A stretch of DNA of 64,000 nucleotides from a bacterium (GTDB lineage Bacteria; Patescibacteriota; Patescibacteriia; UBA10025), in contig JAKAGM010000001.1 in the NCBI GenBank assembly GCA_021815445.1, positions 299,527 to 363,526 on the forward strand. The letters are read 5' to 3'. The position numbers were made by a program, and so were the translations under genes. Under the pieces are notes generated by a model. That model made no database searches. It was given only the letters and a program-made list of their open reading frames with translations, and had not been told where the DNA came from. Of the stretch, positions 19,589-29,272 are shown in pieces (the first letter of the stretch is position 1; each line of letters opens with the position of its first letter).

Positions 19589-20154
19589 TTGCTCTTAATT
19601 TACTTTCAAAGCAGGACAAGCAGCTTGTTAAACAGAACATATACCTCAGGCTTACTCAGCGCTACGTGTTTACGGCAGTTTTTGCCGTAGCAATAATTGC
19701 AGGCGCATTGTTCGCCAATAAATATATTGCGCAAAAAAACATTGATGAGCTCCAGGGAAAAATTCAGGCTGCCACTCAAGCAACAATACTCGACCAGGGA
19801 GGGTCTCTACAGGATAATATCAAAAAAATAAACACCCAGCTTAAAGCCATCTCCGCTGTGCAGGCGAACTTTGTTCCGTGGGGACCAACTTTGGTCGACT
19901 TTTTTCATTATTTTCCAGCCGGGATTTCATTAAGCTCCTTTTCCGCTGATTCGGAAACAAAGGTTGTAAATATTCAGGGGACTGCAAAAACACGTGCTGA
20001 TCTTATAGCTTTTCGCGACTCGCTGAGTACTATTCCCTATTTTACCGCAACTCAATCCCCTGTTTCTGATCTTACCCAGCGTACCAATATCCAGTTCGAG
20101 GTAAGCGGAACGTTGAAAAGTAACTTTTGGAAACTGATTCCTCGATCGCAATGA
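19585..20154 (+). CDS. pilN: PilN-like bitopic pilus alignment protein
   Basis: 189 aa. Short cytoplasmic N-terminus, one TM (VFTAVFAVAIIAGALF), coiled-coil periplasmic region. Follows pilM. Confidence 0.6.
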   Translation: MIALNLLSKQDKQLVKQNIYLRLTQRYVFTAVFAVAIIAGALFANKYIAQKNIDELQGKIQAATQATILDQGGSLQDNIKKINTQLKAISAVQANFVPWGPTLVDFFHYFPAGISLSSFSADSETKVVNIQGTAKTRADLIAFRDSLSTIPYFTATQSPVSDLTQRTNIQFEVSGTLKSNFWKLIPRSQ

Positions 20155-20684
20155 CAACGTCTCCTGTGCAAAAAATATACATATACATCGGCATAGGGAT
20201 ACTGAGTGTTTTCGTGCTTTGGTTTTTTCTCTTAAGGCCAGAGATGCTGTCGTCTACGAAGCTCATCAGCGATTTTCGTGAACAGCGAGTATTCTTAGCA
20301 ACATTACTGAAAGAGCAGGAAAACCTCGCTACATCAAATAAGGATTTTACGGCGGTAAGCACACAGATAGAATCGTTAAAACCGATCATCCTCAAAACTG
20401 ATGAATCGCTAACATTTATTTCAGATGTGGAAAGTTACGCGGATGAAGAAGGGGTGGATGCAAAACTGAATCTTTCCCAACTCAGCTCCTCAACTGAGGT
20501 CCAGGACGTTCCGCTGGTCATCCGCGTAAAAGGGACTTTGGAAAAAACAATGAACTACATTCATCGTCTTGAGAGTTCCCAGTATTATATAGCCATTTCC
20601 TCTGTGAATATCACTCCAGTGAATGCCACTGATGTGACCGTTACACTTAATACCCATACGTATTGGATTGAGAAGGCGTTATGA
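20151..20684 (+). CDS. pilO: PilO-like bitopic pilus alignment protein
   Basis: Single TM then a coiled-coil/ferredoxin-like periplasmic domain. ATG at 20151 overlaps the pilN stop (ATGA). An alternative upstream ATG lies at 20127. Confidence 0.5.
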   Translation: MTTSPVQKIYIYIGIGILSVFVLWFFLLRPEMLSSTKLISDFREQRVFLATLLKEQENLATSNKDFTAVSTQIESLKPIILKTDESLTFISDVESYADEEGVDAKLNLSQLSSSTEVQDVPLVIRVKGTLEKTMNYIHRLESSQYYIAISSVNITPVNATDVTVTLNTHTYWIEKAL

Positions 20685-20977
20685 AGCTTCAATTCTCAAA
20701 ATTCAACAGATCTTTCTTTAGATACTTCTTTGTCATCCGCTCGAATATCGTCCTTGCCGGCATTATTGTGATCACGCTAGCCTTCATTGGTATGTATCTT
20801 AAAAGCCATCTACTGGACACTATTCTCCACCCAGCAGCAATTTCTGATTCTGTGGTAACAGCGCGACAACAGAAAATAAATATACTCTCTTTTAACACAA
20901 CGTTGCAGAATTACACAGCTAAGAAAGCTGCCCCAAAGTTAGAGGTCGGGACGCTTCACAATCCGTTTGCAGAATGA
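20681..20977 (+). CDS. Hypothetical small bitopic membrane protein, last gene of pil operon (PilP-like position)
   Basis: 98 aa, one TM (IVLAGIIVITLAFIGMYL). 4-nt overlap with pilO. Confidence 0.35.
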   Translation: MKLQFSKFNRSFFRYFFVIRSNIVLAGIIVITLAFIGMYLKSHLLDTILHPAAISDSVVTARQQKINILSFNTTLQNYTAKKAAPKLEVGTLHNPFAE

Positions 20978-21050
20978 ACTTTACTTGACAGGATCGACAT
21001 TTTTTTGATATCCTGCCAAATACCCATTTTTTATTTTTTAGCTTACTACT

Positions 21051-21377
21051 ATGGCACATGTTAAAGGAGTCGGAACAACCAGTCTCGGTCGAGAATCCGC
21101 TTCGAAACGCTTGGGAGTAAAAATATTCGCTGGTCAGCTGGCTCGTGCAGGGAGCATTCTCGTTAGGCAACGAGGAACGCGTTTTCATGCTGGAAAAAAT
21201 GTCGGACGGGGAAAGGACGATTCACTGTTCGCGATGGTCACGGGTAAAGTGCAGTTTGCAAAAAAAGTGAAGCGCGCATTTAATAACCGCTTAACCGAAA
21301 AAACGTTCATCCACGTTGTCCCTGCATCGAGCGAGCATGCCGAGTCTACCGCAAGGAGGCATGCAGAAAATCCCTGA
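21051..21377 (+). CDS. rpmA: 50S ribosomal protein L27 with ~14-aa C-terminal extension
   Basis: [29 protein letters not shown]...[24 protein letters not shown] aligns with the L27 consensus [24 protein letters not shown]...RQRGTKFHAG.NVG.GKDHTLFA. Confidence 0.9.
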   Translation: MAHVKGVGTTSLGRESASKRLGVKIFAGQLARAGSILVRQRGTRFHAGKNVGRGKDDSLFAMVTGKVQFAKKVKRAFNNRLTEKTFIHVVPASSEHAESTARRHAENP

Positions 21378-22959
21378 AGAGGGGGTGTGGACGTATCGGT
21401 CGTGATTGAAATTCAGGGTGAAACTGGACCCCGACAAACCACGGGTGGTCTTTAAGCTCAACTATTTCAACTAAAAGCTTGTCCGGGGATACACCTGTGA
21501 TAGACATACCCGCTTCTTCAATTTGCTCGCGATACACGTTATTGAACTCATAGCGATGCCTGTGTCGTTCGAGAACCCGAGGAGCACCATATGCCTTGAG
21601 CGCCAATGAACCTTTGCTAAGGACACATGGCCAGCTTCCAAGACGCATTGAGGCGCCATACTCTTGCTTCATAAGTTTTTTTTCCTGTTCAGACATGATA
21701 TGGATTACAGGATCTTTTGTTTTTTCATCAAATTCAGTGCTATTCGCACCCTTGAGCTTCAGTACGGACCGCGCAAACTCGATGACTGCGATCTGCATGC
21801 CGAGGCACAACCCGAGGAATGGGACATTATGAGTTCTTGCATATCCTGCAGCGGAAATTTTTCCCTCAATACCGCGAGAACCAAAACCTCCGGGAATAAC
21901 AATACCATCGACACTTTGCAGGGTAGCCCATTCTTTTTTATCTTTCTTCTCTATTTTTTCCGCGTCAATCCACTCAAGCTTTAACTTGGCATTGTGATAA
22001 TACGTGGCTGATTTTAGCGCTTCCAGAACACTAAGGTAGGCATCGCCAAGTTCGGTGTATTTCCCCACCATACCAATCCGCACTGATTTTGTGGGGTGTT
22101 GAATCCGCCTCACGAGAGTTTTCCATGAACTTAAATTGGGCTTTTGTGTCTTAATCTGAAATTGGGAAAAAATTATATCCGAAATGCCATGCCGCTCGAG
22201 GTTCAAAGGAACTTCATAGATGCTTTTACTAGTCTGGGCTGGGATGACGGCCTTGACGGGGACATCGCAAAAAAGCGAGACTTTTTCCAAGTGCTCTTTT
22301 TTAATGGGATAATCTGCGCGGGCAATGATAATTTCAGGCTGGATTCCAAGGCGGCGTAGTTCACGGACACTTGCCTGTACCGGCTTCGTTTTGAGTTCAT
22401 GGGATGTCTTGAGGTAAGGAAGCAAAGCAACGTGCACGAAAAGGACGTTTTGGTTTCCCACCTCCTGGTGGAGCTGTCTGGCAGCTTCGAGAAAAGGCTC
22501 GCCTTCAATATCCCCAACCGTCCCGCCAATTTCCATAATCAGGAAATTGGCATTGCTTGATTTTGCAGTAGAATAAATCCTTTTTTTTATGGCATCGGTA
22601 ATGTGAGGGATGATTTGTATGGTTTTCCCGAGAAAGGTGCCCTTACGCTCTTTTGCGATGACTTCCTGATATGCCTGACCTGTAGTCATATTGCTTTCAG
22701 CATTCAAATTTACATCAAGAAACCGCTCGTAATGACCCAGGTCAAGGTCGGTTTCTGTGCCGTCCTCAAGCACATATACCTCACCGTGCTGGTATGGATT
22801 CATCGTACCGGGATCGACGTTGAGATACGGATCAAACTTTAAGCTAAAAACTCTGAAGTTCGTCGCCTTAAGTAATGCGCCAATGGATGACGCCACTATT
22901 CCTTTGCCTAATCCGGAGCAAACCCCTCCCGTAACGAATATGTACTTTGTCCCTGTCAT
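21346..22959 (-). CDS. pyrG: CTP synthase PyrG
   Basis: Start taken at the internal [21 protein letters not shown] (22957-22959), which abuts the rplI stop. The ORF-track 5-prime extension to 23079 overlaps rplI and is not family-like. C-terminal glutamine amidotransferase domain (GLCLGMQ). Confidence 0.93.
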   Translation of the reverse strand: MTGTKYIFVTGGVCSGLGKGIVASSIGALLKATNFRVFSLKFDPYLNVDPGTMNPYQHGEVYVLEDGTETDLDLGHYERFLDVNLNAESNMTTGQAYQEVIAKERKGTFLGKTIQIIPHITDAIKKRIYSTAKSSNANFLIMEIGGTVGDIEGEPFLEAARQLHQEVGNQNVLFVHVALLPYLKTSHELKTKPVQASVRELRRLGIQPEIIIARADYPIKKEHLEKVSLFCDVPVKAVIPAQTSKSIYEVPLNLERHGISDIIFSQFQIKTQKPNLSSWKTLVRRIQHPTKSVRIGMVGKYTELGDAYLSVLEALKSATYYHNAKLKLEWIDAEKIEKKDKKEWATLQSVDGIVIPGGFGSRGIEGKISAAGYARTHNVPFLGLCLGMQIAVIEFARSVLKLKGANSTEFDEKTKDPVIHIMSEQEKKLMKQEYGASMRLGSWPCVLSKGSLALKAYGAPRVLERHRHRYEFNNVYREQIEEAGMSITGVSPDKLLVEIVELKDHPWFVGVQFHPEFQSRPIRPHPLFRDFLHASLR

Positions 22960-22960
22960 G

Positions 22961-23407
22961 TTATTCTTTTTCAATATTGAGTTTAAGAGTATACGCCTTT
23001 GCTGACCGGTCCACGAGGGTGTATGTGTGTTCACCAGTTGTTTGTAGAGGCCGCGGCAGAACGATTGCGGTGTCGGCAAGAGATATGCCAGTTAGCCCGT
23101 GTATTCGTTTCTGAATATCCCGGGCAGTGATACTGCCAAAAAGCTTCCCTTGGTTATTTGCCTTTGCGCGGATGAATAGCGGTTCCTGGACGAGCCGTTC
23201 ATGGACAGCATGCACTTCTTCCACGAGTTTCCGGATTTTATCATCCTCTACCTTTCGTTCTCGAAGCAACTTTTTTTCTGCCTCAGGGGTCGAGGGAACA
23301 GCTAACTTTTGCGGAAAAAGGAAATTTCTTGCATAACCATCACTCACGGTACGTGTTGTCCCCTTTTTTGCTGTACCCTTAATTTCTTTGAGAAAAACTA
23401 CCTTCAT
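22961..23407 (-). CDS. rplI: 50S ribosomal protein L9
   Basis: 148 aa. [11 protein letters not shown]...[13 protein letters not shown] is the L9 N-domain signature. Confidence 0.9.
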   Translation of the reverse strand: MKVVFLKEIKGTAKKGTTRTVSDGYARNFLFPQKLAVPSTPEAEKKLLRERKVEDDKIRKLVEEVHAVHERLVQEPLFIRAKANNQGKLFGSITARDIQKRIHGLTGISLADTAIVLPRPLQTTGEHTYTLVDRSAKAYTLKLNIEKE

Positions 23408-23685
23408 GAGTAGTGAATGCCAAATTGAGTATAGGTGTCAGAGTCGTTTATCTGCTCGATCTCTAGTCTCTCGATATGGGATGCCCCGGGATGAGTTCGC
23501 AACCAGTCGCAGAGCTTTTGCACATTTTCCGGTATTCCCCTGCATACGATTAACGCCCCGCCCTCCTTCGTATTACGAACAAAACCTACGAGACTGAGGG
23601 CTTGAGCCTTTTCCTTTATCATCCATCTCAGGGAAACGCCCTGTACTCGACCATGTACCGTTATTGCATGGGTCAACCGGGTCAT
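23404..23685 (-). CDS. acyP: Acylphosphatase
   Basis: 93 aa. [12 protein letters not shown] matches the acylphosphatase signature V.G.VQGV.FR. Confidence 0.8.
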   Translation of the reverse strand: MTRLTHAITVHGRVQGVSLRWMIKEKAQALSLVGFVRNTKEGGALIVCRGIPENVQKLCDWLRTHPGASHIERLEIEQINDSDTYTQFGIHYS

Positions 23686-24947
23686 TTTGCTCGTACAACG
23701 TCTTGCGCCTCTTTGAGCTGTGTATCTATTCCCTTTGCAGCGTCGGCATCGTTCTGGGTAACTTTGACATCAGGGGTAATACCGTTTTGATCGATTGACC
23801 GACCCAGAGGGGTGAGCCACTCTGCAATGGTGATTTTCAGCGAAGAACCGTCGTTAAATTCCTCTAAATCCTGTACCACTCCCTTTCCAAATGTCTGCTC
23901 CCCAACAACCTTGGCGCGCTTATGGTCTTGAAGGGCGCCCGCGACAATCTCAGAAGCCGAGGCGCTCCCTTTATTCGTCAAGACCACGAGCGGAATAGTG
24001 CTCACGGTTCCCGCAGATTGTGAAGTATATGACTTCTCCTCTTTGTCTCGGAATCTTTCTGTGACAACCACTTGATTTTTCTCAGTGAGAAATGTCTCGG
24101 TAATATGCACGGCGGCGTCAAGGTATCCTCCAGGATTGTCCCTAAGGTCCAGGATGATATATTTTGGATTTTTTACGAGCATTTCGCGAACTGCACGGTC
24201 AAAGTTTGCATCGACGCGTGAATCAAAACTGGTAATCTGAATATACGCAACATCATTATCAAGCATGCGCCATACCACGCTGTCAAGAGTTATATTATCT
24301 CTTATAATAGTCAGTGTAAAGGGATCTTTAGTTCCTTCGCGGGCAAGCTGGAGGGCAACTTTGGTGCCTTTTGGCCCGCGTATCATTGTAATCGCCTCTG
24401 AAAGTGACAGGCCCTGGGTGTCGGTTGAATCTATTTTTAGTATCAGATCTCCCGCCTTTATTCCGCCCTTCTCAGCCGGGGAGTTGGCAAGCGGGGCAAT
24501 GACGGTGAGCATATCATCTTTGATGCCAATTTCAGCGCCGATTCCATCGAACTCCCCATCGAGTTCCTTGTTGTACTTTTCAGTCATCGCAGGATCGAGA
24601 AATACGGAATAAGGGTCGCCTAAACTCTGAACGAGTCCTGCAAGCGCGCCATAGTACAATTTGCTGGTGGTTTGCCCGCCACGCAGATAACGTGTCTGAA
24701 TAGCATCCCAAACTTTTTCAAACGCATCCGACTGGACTTGGCGCCCCGAGAGAGCTTGAGGAGCATGTAGAAGAAGCTGCGAGAAGGAGAGAGCTGGTGT
24801 GGAGTTCCGGAAAGAAGTCCAAAGTCCGACAAGGAGTCCAGCGGAGAATATTAAAGAACAAAGGAGCATGCCCGTAACAATAAGTCGTGTGCGCGATTTG
24901 CGTTTCATGGGAGGTTGACTTTGCATGCTGAATAGTGGTGTATTCAT
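23682..24947 (-). CDS. Carboxyl-terminal processing protease (S41, PDZ-containing)
   Basis: 421 aa. N-terminal TM anchor, PDZ region (GIKAGDLILKID). S41 catalytic region LTNKGSASASEIVAGALQD with a Ser/Lys dyad context. Confidence 0.88.
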   Translation of the reverse strand: MNTPLFSMQSQPPMKRKSRTRLIVTGMLLCSLIFSAGLLVGLWTSFRNSTPALSFSQLLLHAPQALSGRQVQSDAFEKVWDAIQTRYLRGGQTTSKLYYGALAGLVQSLGDPYSVFLDPAMTEKYNKELDGEFDGIGAEIGIKDDMLTVIAPLANSPAEKGGIKAGDLILKIDSTDTQGLSLSEAITMIRGPKGTKVALQLAREGTKDPFTLTIIRDNITLDSVVWRMLDNDVAYIQITSFDSRVDANFDRAVREMLVKNPKYIILDLRDNPGGYLDAAVHITETFLTEKNQVVVTERFRDKEEKSYTSQSAGTVSTIPLVVLTNKGSASASEIVAGALQDHKRAKVVGEQTFGKGVVQDLEEFNDGSSLKITIAEWLTPLGRSIDQNGITPDVKVTQNDADAAKGIDTQLKEAQDVVRAK

Positions 24948-26275
24948 GCTTTGTGTCGAGTGATATGTGCTCCGAGCTCTTTTAAGCGACCATCAATATG
25001 CTCATAACCTCTGTCAATACGTTCTATATGTTCGAGAGTACTTTCACCTTGGGCTATAAGCGCAGCGATAAGAAGAGTCGCCCCGGCGCGAATATCGAAC
25101 GAGGTAATCCTTTTGCCATACAAAATCGTAGGACCGTTAATCACAGCGGTATGTTGGTCAACAGTTTTGGCATCAGCACCCATACGTTGAAGTTCTTTAA
25201 TATACCCGAGTCTCCCATCGTACATGGTTTCAAAAATTCTCCCCATTCCCTTCGCCTGAGTCATAAGCACGCTTATCGGAGCCTGCAGGTCTGTAGGAAA
25301 CCCAGGGTAAGGGCGCGTATCTATCGAAATAGGTTCAAAAATAGTCGTTGGAAGAATACACAGTGTTGAATGCATGTTATCTTCACGTTCAAGTAAGTAC
25401 TGGACATTAGCTCGTTGCAGCACATTAAGGACGGCATCAAGATGGTCAGGACACACACCATGAATGTTGACTTTGCCCCGGCTCACCGCTGCAGCTATTG
25501 CAAACGTACCGGCCTCTATTCTGTCTGGGATTAATGTATAGTCAGACCCGTGAAGCTTTGATTGACCCCTGACGCGCAGTAAAGATGTTCCAATCCCGTC
25601 TATTTGCGCCCCCATCGAGTTGAGAAAACCGGCTAAATCGGATATTTCAGGCTCTGATGCCGCAAGATGTATCTCAGTTTCACCCTGGGCAAGACAGGCC
25701 GCCAGAAGAGCGTTCTCAGTAGCTGTTACGCTCATCTCGTCAAGGACGACTTTATTTCCTAGCAATTTTTTTGCCGAAAATGCATAGAGATCGTCATCGC
25801 GGTCAACCGATACGCCGAGCTGCTGCAAGGCGCGAATGTGCGTGTCTATCGGTCGTGCACCAATTAGGCATCCTCCGGGCAATGGAATCGTGACTTCGCC
25901 TGAACGGGCAAGAAGCGGGCCTACAACCATAATCGATGCACGCAGATGTTTCACGAGCTGATAGTCCGGATGCGTTGATGAAATAGTCTTGCAATGAATA
26001 CTTACCGTATTTTTATTGAAAGCTACCGCCGCGCCGATACCCTGAAGGATGGCAAGCAAAGAACGAACATCAGCTATATCCGGAACGTTACGAATTATAC
26101 ACGGTTCCGACGTCAAAAGAGCCGCAGCGAGTAATTTCAACGCCGCATTCTTTGCACCGCTCACGGTAATATCACCGTTTAACGAATTTCCGCCCTCAAT
26201 GAGAAAATACTCCATAATGGTATCGCATGTAGTATATGGAAATTCCCGCAGAAAATCAAGAATGGTCATGGACAT
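24944..26275 (-). CDS. murA: UDP-N-acetylglucosamine 1-carboxyvinyltransferase MurA
   Basis: 443 aa. FLIEGGNSLNGDITVSGAKNAALKLLAAALL, the EPSP-synthase-fold MurA N-terminus. Confidence 0.92.
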   Translation of the reverse strand: MSMTILDFLREFPYTTCDTIMEYFLIEGGNSLNGDITVSGAKNAALKLLAAALLTSEPCIIRNVPDIADVRSLLAILQGIGAAVAFNKNTVSIHCKTISSTHPDYQLVKHLRASIMVVGPLLARSGEVTIPLPGGCLIGARPIDTHIRALQQLGVSVDRDDDLYAFSAKKLLGNKVVLDEMSVTATENALLAACLAQGETEIHLAASEPEISDLAGFLNSMGAQIDGIGTSLLRVRGQSKLHGSDYTLIPDRIEAGTFAIAAAVSRGKVNIHGVCPDHLDAVLNVLQRANVQYLLEREDNMHSTLCILPTTIFEPISIDTRPYPGFPTDLQAPISVLMTQAKGMGRIFETMYDGRLGYIKELQRMGADAKTVDQHTAVINGPTILYGKRITSFDIRAGATLLIAALIAQGESTLEHIERIDRGYEHIDGRLKELGAHITRHKA

Positions 26276-26308
26276 TTCAGGTTCTGGATATTATACTTCC
26301 AGGAAAGT

Positions 26309-27637
26309 ATGTCTATCACTACGCGAAGAATATATTTTGCATCGCTTCTGCTGTTTTTTACGCTTGCTGCCCCTCTTCTGATTTACTATTCCCGAGGGTG
26401 GCGTTTTGATATCGGCACAAAAAAAATAGTCCTTACTGGAACACTTTCAATAACGACAGACCCGGCAGGCGTTTCCTTGAGTCTCGATGACAAAAATATC
26501 GGACGAAGCCCAATCAAGGCTATGAGGGTCGCTCCGGCGAATTATATGGTCAAGTTCTCTAAAGAGGGCTATTTCAGTCGCGAACAGCCGCTGGACATCG
26601 AGGAAGGCAAGGCCGCAGTATTAAATAAAGTTGACCTTTTTAAAAGCGAGTCCTCGAGGAATAGAGTACTCACCGGCGATATTTCGCTTTTTACCGAGTC
26701 CCCAGACAAAAAATACCGAGCGTCTATACTTCATACGCTCAGTGGCGATACCCTGATGATCCAAAAAAAGCCGGACACGCCCTTCGAGCCATTCGGAAAT
26801 TTTGCTCCACAATCTGTTTCATCAATTGTATGGAGTCCTGATGCTGCAAGTCTTGTGATTGAAACAAAGCTGGATGCCAGAAGAGAGTTTAGCCTCGCGA
26901 CCCTTGCGTCAAGACAGCTACAGTCGATACTTACGACTTCTGATGAGAAAATTCAGATACTCTGGGATCAAAATGACGGGTCGAGGTTGTATGTAAAAAA
27001 CGGGGATACAATTAGCCTTTTTGGCACTAAAAGTGTATACACTCTGCCCGGTAATACTTTAAGTCTGCTTATCCAAGGAAAAAAAGGTTTCTTTCTTGTT
27101 GAGCGGGATAACAAAACAATAGAACTTATCACACGCGGACTCAATGAATCAGTAGAATCAGAAACCGTAATCCAGGACAAACTTCCACTTTCACGCGAAG
27201 CTGCATTGTCGGCTCATCGAGACTATATGATCATCACTGATCCTACGAACAATTTGCTTTATGTTTTCCGAGCTTCAATAAGCAAACCTGCGCTTTTTTA
27301 TCAGGCCAGCTCAGTTACTTTTGCTGAATGGCAATTTGATCAGGATGCATTACTCTTCGGCAACGATCACGCATTGCACCTCCTCGGCCAAGATGGAACC
27401 GACCGGGTAGTGGTCCGTTATGCTGATATCATTCACAGCCCTACATGGATCTACAAAAAAAACCTGGCACTCCTCATCCATAACGGCTTTGTGACAGTTG
27501 CGGATCTCAATTATTCGCCGGCAGTCACATTAGAGCTCTTCCCGTTTGACGCCGCGACTATCTCGACTGATGAGAGCGGCAAATATATGTTTCTTGTTAC
27601 TCCTCAGGAGGTCACCGGCATTCAAATATCAAACTGA
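26309..27637 (+). CDS. Membrane-anchored PEGA-domain protein with large C-terminal extracytoplasmic region
   Basis: 442 aa. N-terminal TM (IYFASLLLFFTLAAPLLIYY), then TDPAGVSLSLDDKNIGRSPIK (PEGA-like). The remainder is beta-rich and uncharacterised. Confidence 0.5.
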   Translation: MSITTRRIYFASLLLFFTLAAPLLIYYSRGWRFDIGTKKIVLTGTLSITTDPAGVSLSLDDKNIGRSPIKAMRVAPANYMVKFSKEGYFSREQPLDIEEGKAAVLNKVDLFKSESSRNRVLTGDISLFTESPDKKYRASILHTLSGDTLMIQKKPDTPFEPFGNFAPQSVSSIVWSPDAASLVIETKLDARREFSLATLASRQLQSILTTSDEKIQILWDQNDGSRLYVKNGDTISLFGTKSVYTLPGNTLSLLIQGKKGFFLVERDNKTIELITRGLNESVESETVIQDKLPLSREAALSAHRDYMIITDPTNNLLYVFRASISKPALFYQASSVTFAEWQFDQDALLFGNDHALHLLGQDGTDRVVVRYADIIHSPTWIYKKNLALLIHNGFVTVADLNYSPAVTLELFPFDAATISTDESGKYMFLVTPQEVTGIQISN

Positions 27638-27682
27638 CTCCGGCTGTCGCCCGGTTAATCTGAAGAATCTGCCTATCGGTCA

Positions 27683-28423
27683 TCAGGAGGAAGATGATTT
27701 GTTTTTTGCCCACTTTGCCGCCAAAACCTGCGCTTCGAGAAGGGAGTCAAAAGATTCACCGCCGTCTCCCCACCACCCCTTGAGCACCTGATAGGTCATC
27801 ACCCCTTTTTGAATGTAGTAGTTGTTGACATCGGTAATTTCCAGCTCCCCTCGGTCAGAAGGTTTGAGGGTCTTAATGACATTGAACACATTTTTATCGT
27901 ACATATACACCCCAACCACCGCCAGATTGGTCGGCGGATTCTTGGGTTTCTCAATAATACGGGTTATTCGTTCATTTGTAATCTCCGCGACTCCGTACGA
28001 TTGAGGTTTTTTTACCTCCTTGAGAAATATTTTTGCGCCCGCTTTTTGCTTCTCAAACTCGTGAGCGGCAGCCGAGATGTCATCTTCTAGAATATTATCA
28101 CCGAGCACGACAACAATCTTCTGGTTATCAGCGAAGTCTTCCGCCAGCCCAAGAGCCTGCGCTATTCCACCGGCTCCTTCCTGAAAAGTATAGTGGATCT
28201 CATGCAGTCCGAACTCTTTGCCATCACCAAGCAGCCGGACAAAGTCCCCCGGGTTGCCGCCGCCCATGACCAGGAGGATATCTTTAATCCCTGCACGGGC
28301 AAGGGTCTCCAAAGGATAAAAAATCATCGGCTTATTGTACACGGGGAGCAAATGTTTGTTGGTTACCCGTGTAAGCGGGCGGAGACGGGTTGCATTGCCT
28401 CCGGCGAGTATGATGCCTTTCAT
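27683..28423 (-). CDS. rmlA: Glucose-1-phosphate thymidylyltransferase, short form (RmlA-like sugar nucleotidyltransferase)
   Basis: 246 aa. MKGIILAGGNATRLRPLTRVTNKHLLPVYNKPMIFYPLETL is the RmlA G-loop signature. Last gene of the rml operon. Confidence 0.85.
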   Translation of the reverse strand: MKGIILAGGNATRLRPLTRVTNKHLLPVYNKPMIFYPLETLARAGIKDILLVMGGGNPGDFVRLLGDGKEFGLHEIHYTFQEGAGGIAQALGLAEDFADNQKIVVVLGDNILEDDISAAAHEFEKQKAGAKIFLKEVKKPQSYGVAEITNERITRIIEKPKNPPTNLAVVGVYMYDKNVFNVIKTLKPSDRGELEITDVNNYYIQKGVMTYQVLKGWWGDGGESFDSLLEAQVLAAKWAKNKSSSS

Positions 28424-29268
28424 AAGGTTGGTTTAGTTGATAGATAATCCCTGAGCGCGTCCTGCCATTTTTGAAGTTTTGGGAGTTTGGTATTAATCAG
28501 CATTGAATACCGGGGACGTTGTGCGGGGCGTGGAAATGTGCCTGCAGGCACTGGAATCAGTGTACCACTCCATCCAATTTGGGCAAATATTTCCTTTGCG
28601 AAACCGTACCAAGTGCAACCACCAGCATTGGTGACATGGTATATCCCCCACGGGTTGTTTCCATCAACAATTTCCCGTGTCCGTCGAGCAAGATCGGATG
28701 CATAAGTTGGACAACTGAGCTCCTCGTCAATGACAGTAAGGGTTGATTTTTCATGCGAGAGCTTGAGCATTTTATCCACGAAGCTTTCCTTAGTCTCTTG
28801 GCTGGAACCAGGAGAACCAAAAAGACGAGATAGTCTTATCAGGTAATATTTTGTGCAACACCGTTGGAGCTCCTGCTCTCCAAGTGCCTTTGACCTGGCG
28901 TACGCGCTTATTGGAGACTGAGGAGCGTCTTCTGCATACCCTTCTTTTTTTTGACCATCAAATATGTAATCAGTGGAATAGTGGACCAAAATTGCCCCAA
29001 TCTCCTGAGCAACAGAGGCAAGGTATCCCACCGCATAACCGTTTACCCTATCTGCGGTTTCCGAGTCAGTTTCGGCCGCGTCAACATTATTATATGCGGC
29101 AGCATTGATGATAATTTCTGGGTGCAGGCTGGCAATTTTATTGAACGTGTCTTCCTTCTCCGTAATGTCAATTTCAGCCCTATCCCATAACGAAAGCTCA
29201 GAATCTGAAAATGTCCGGGCGAGCTCCTGCCCAAGCATTCCTCTGCTGCCTATGATCAGCGCCTTCAT
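28420..29268 (-). CDS. rmlD: dTDP-4-dehydrorhamnose reductase RmlD
   Basis: 282 aa. MKALIIGSRGMLGQEL Rossmann start and YxxxK context typical of RmlD. 4-nt overlap with rmlA. Confidence 0.85.
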   Translation of the reverse strand: MKALIIGSRGMLGQELARTFSDSELSLWDRAEIDITEKEDTFNKIASLHPEIIINAAAYNNVDAAETDSETADRVNGYAVGYLASVAQEIGAILVHYSTDYIFDGQKKEGYAEDAPQSPISAYARSKALGEQELQRCCTKYYLIRLSRLFGSPGSSQETKESFVDKMLKLSHEKSTLTVIDEELSCPTYASDLARRTREIVDGNNPWGIYHVTNAGGCTWYGFAKEIFAQIGWSGTLIPVPAGTFPRPAQRPRYSMLINTKLPKLQKWQDALRDYLSTKPTL

Positions 29269-29272
29269 ATTG

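Noticed and set aside
20978-21050. Hairpin caggat...atcctg followed by T-runs between the pil operon and rpmA
   Set aside because: 15-nt loop and short AT-rich stem make a weak terminator. Could equally be rpmA promoter sequence (a TTGACA lies within it). Left uncalled.
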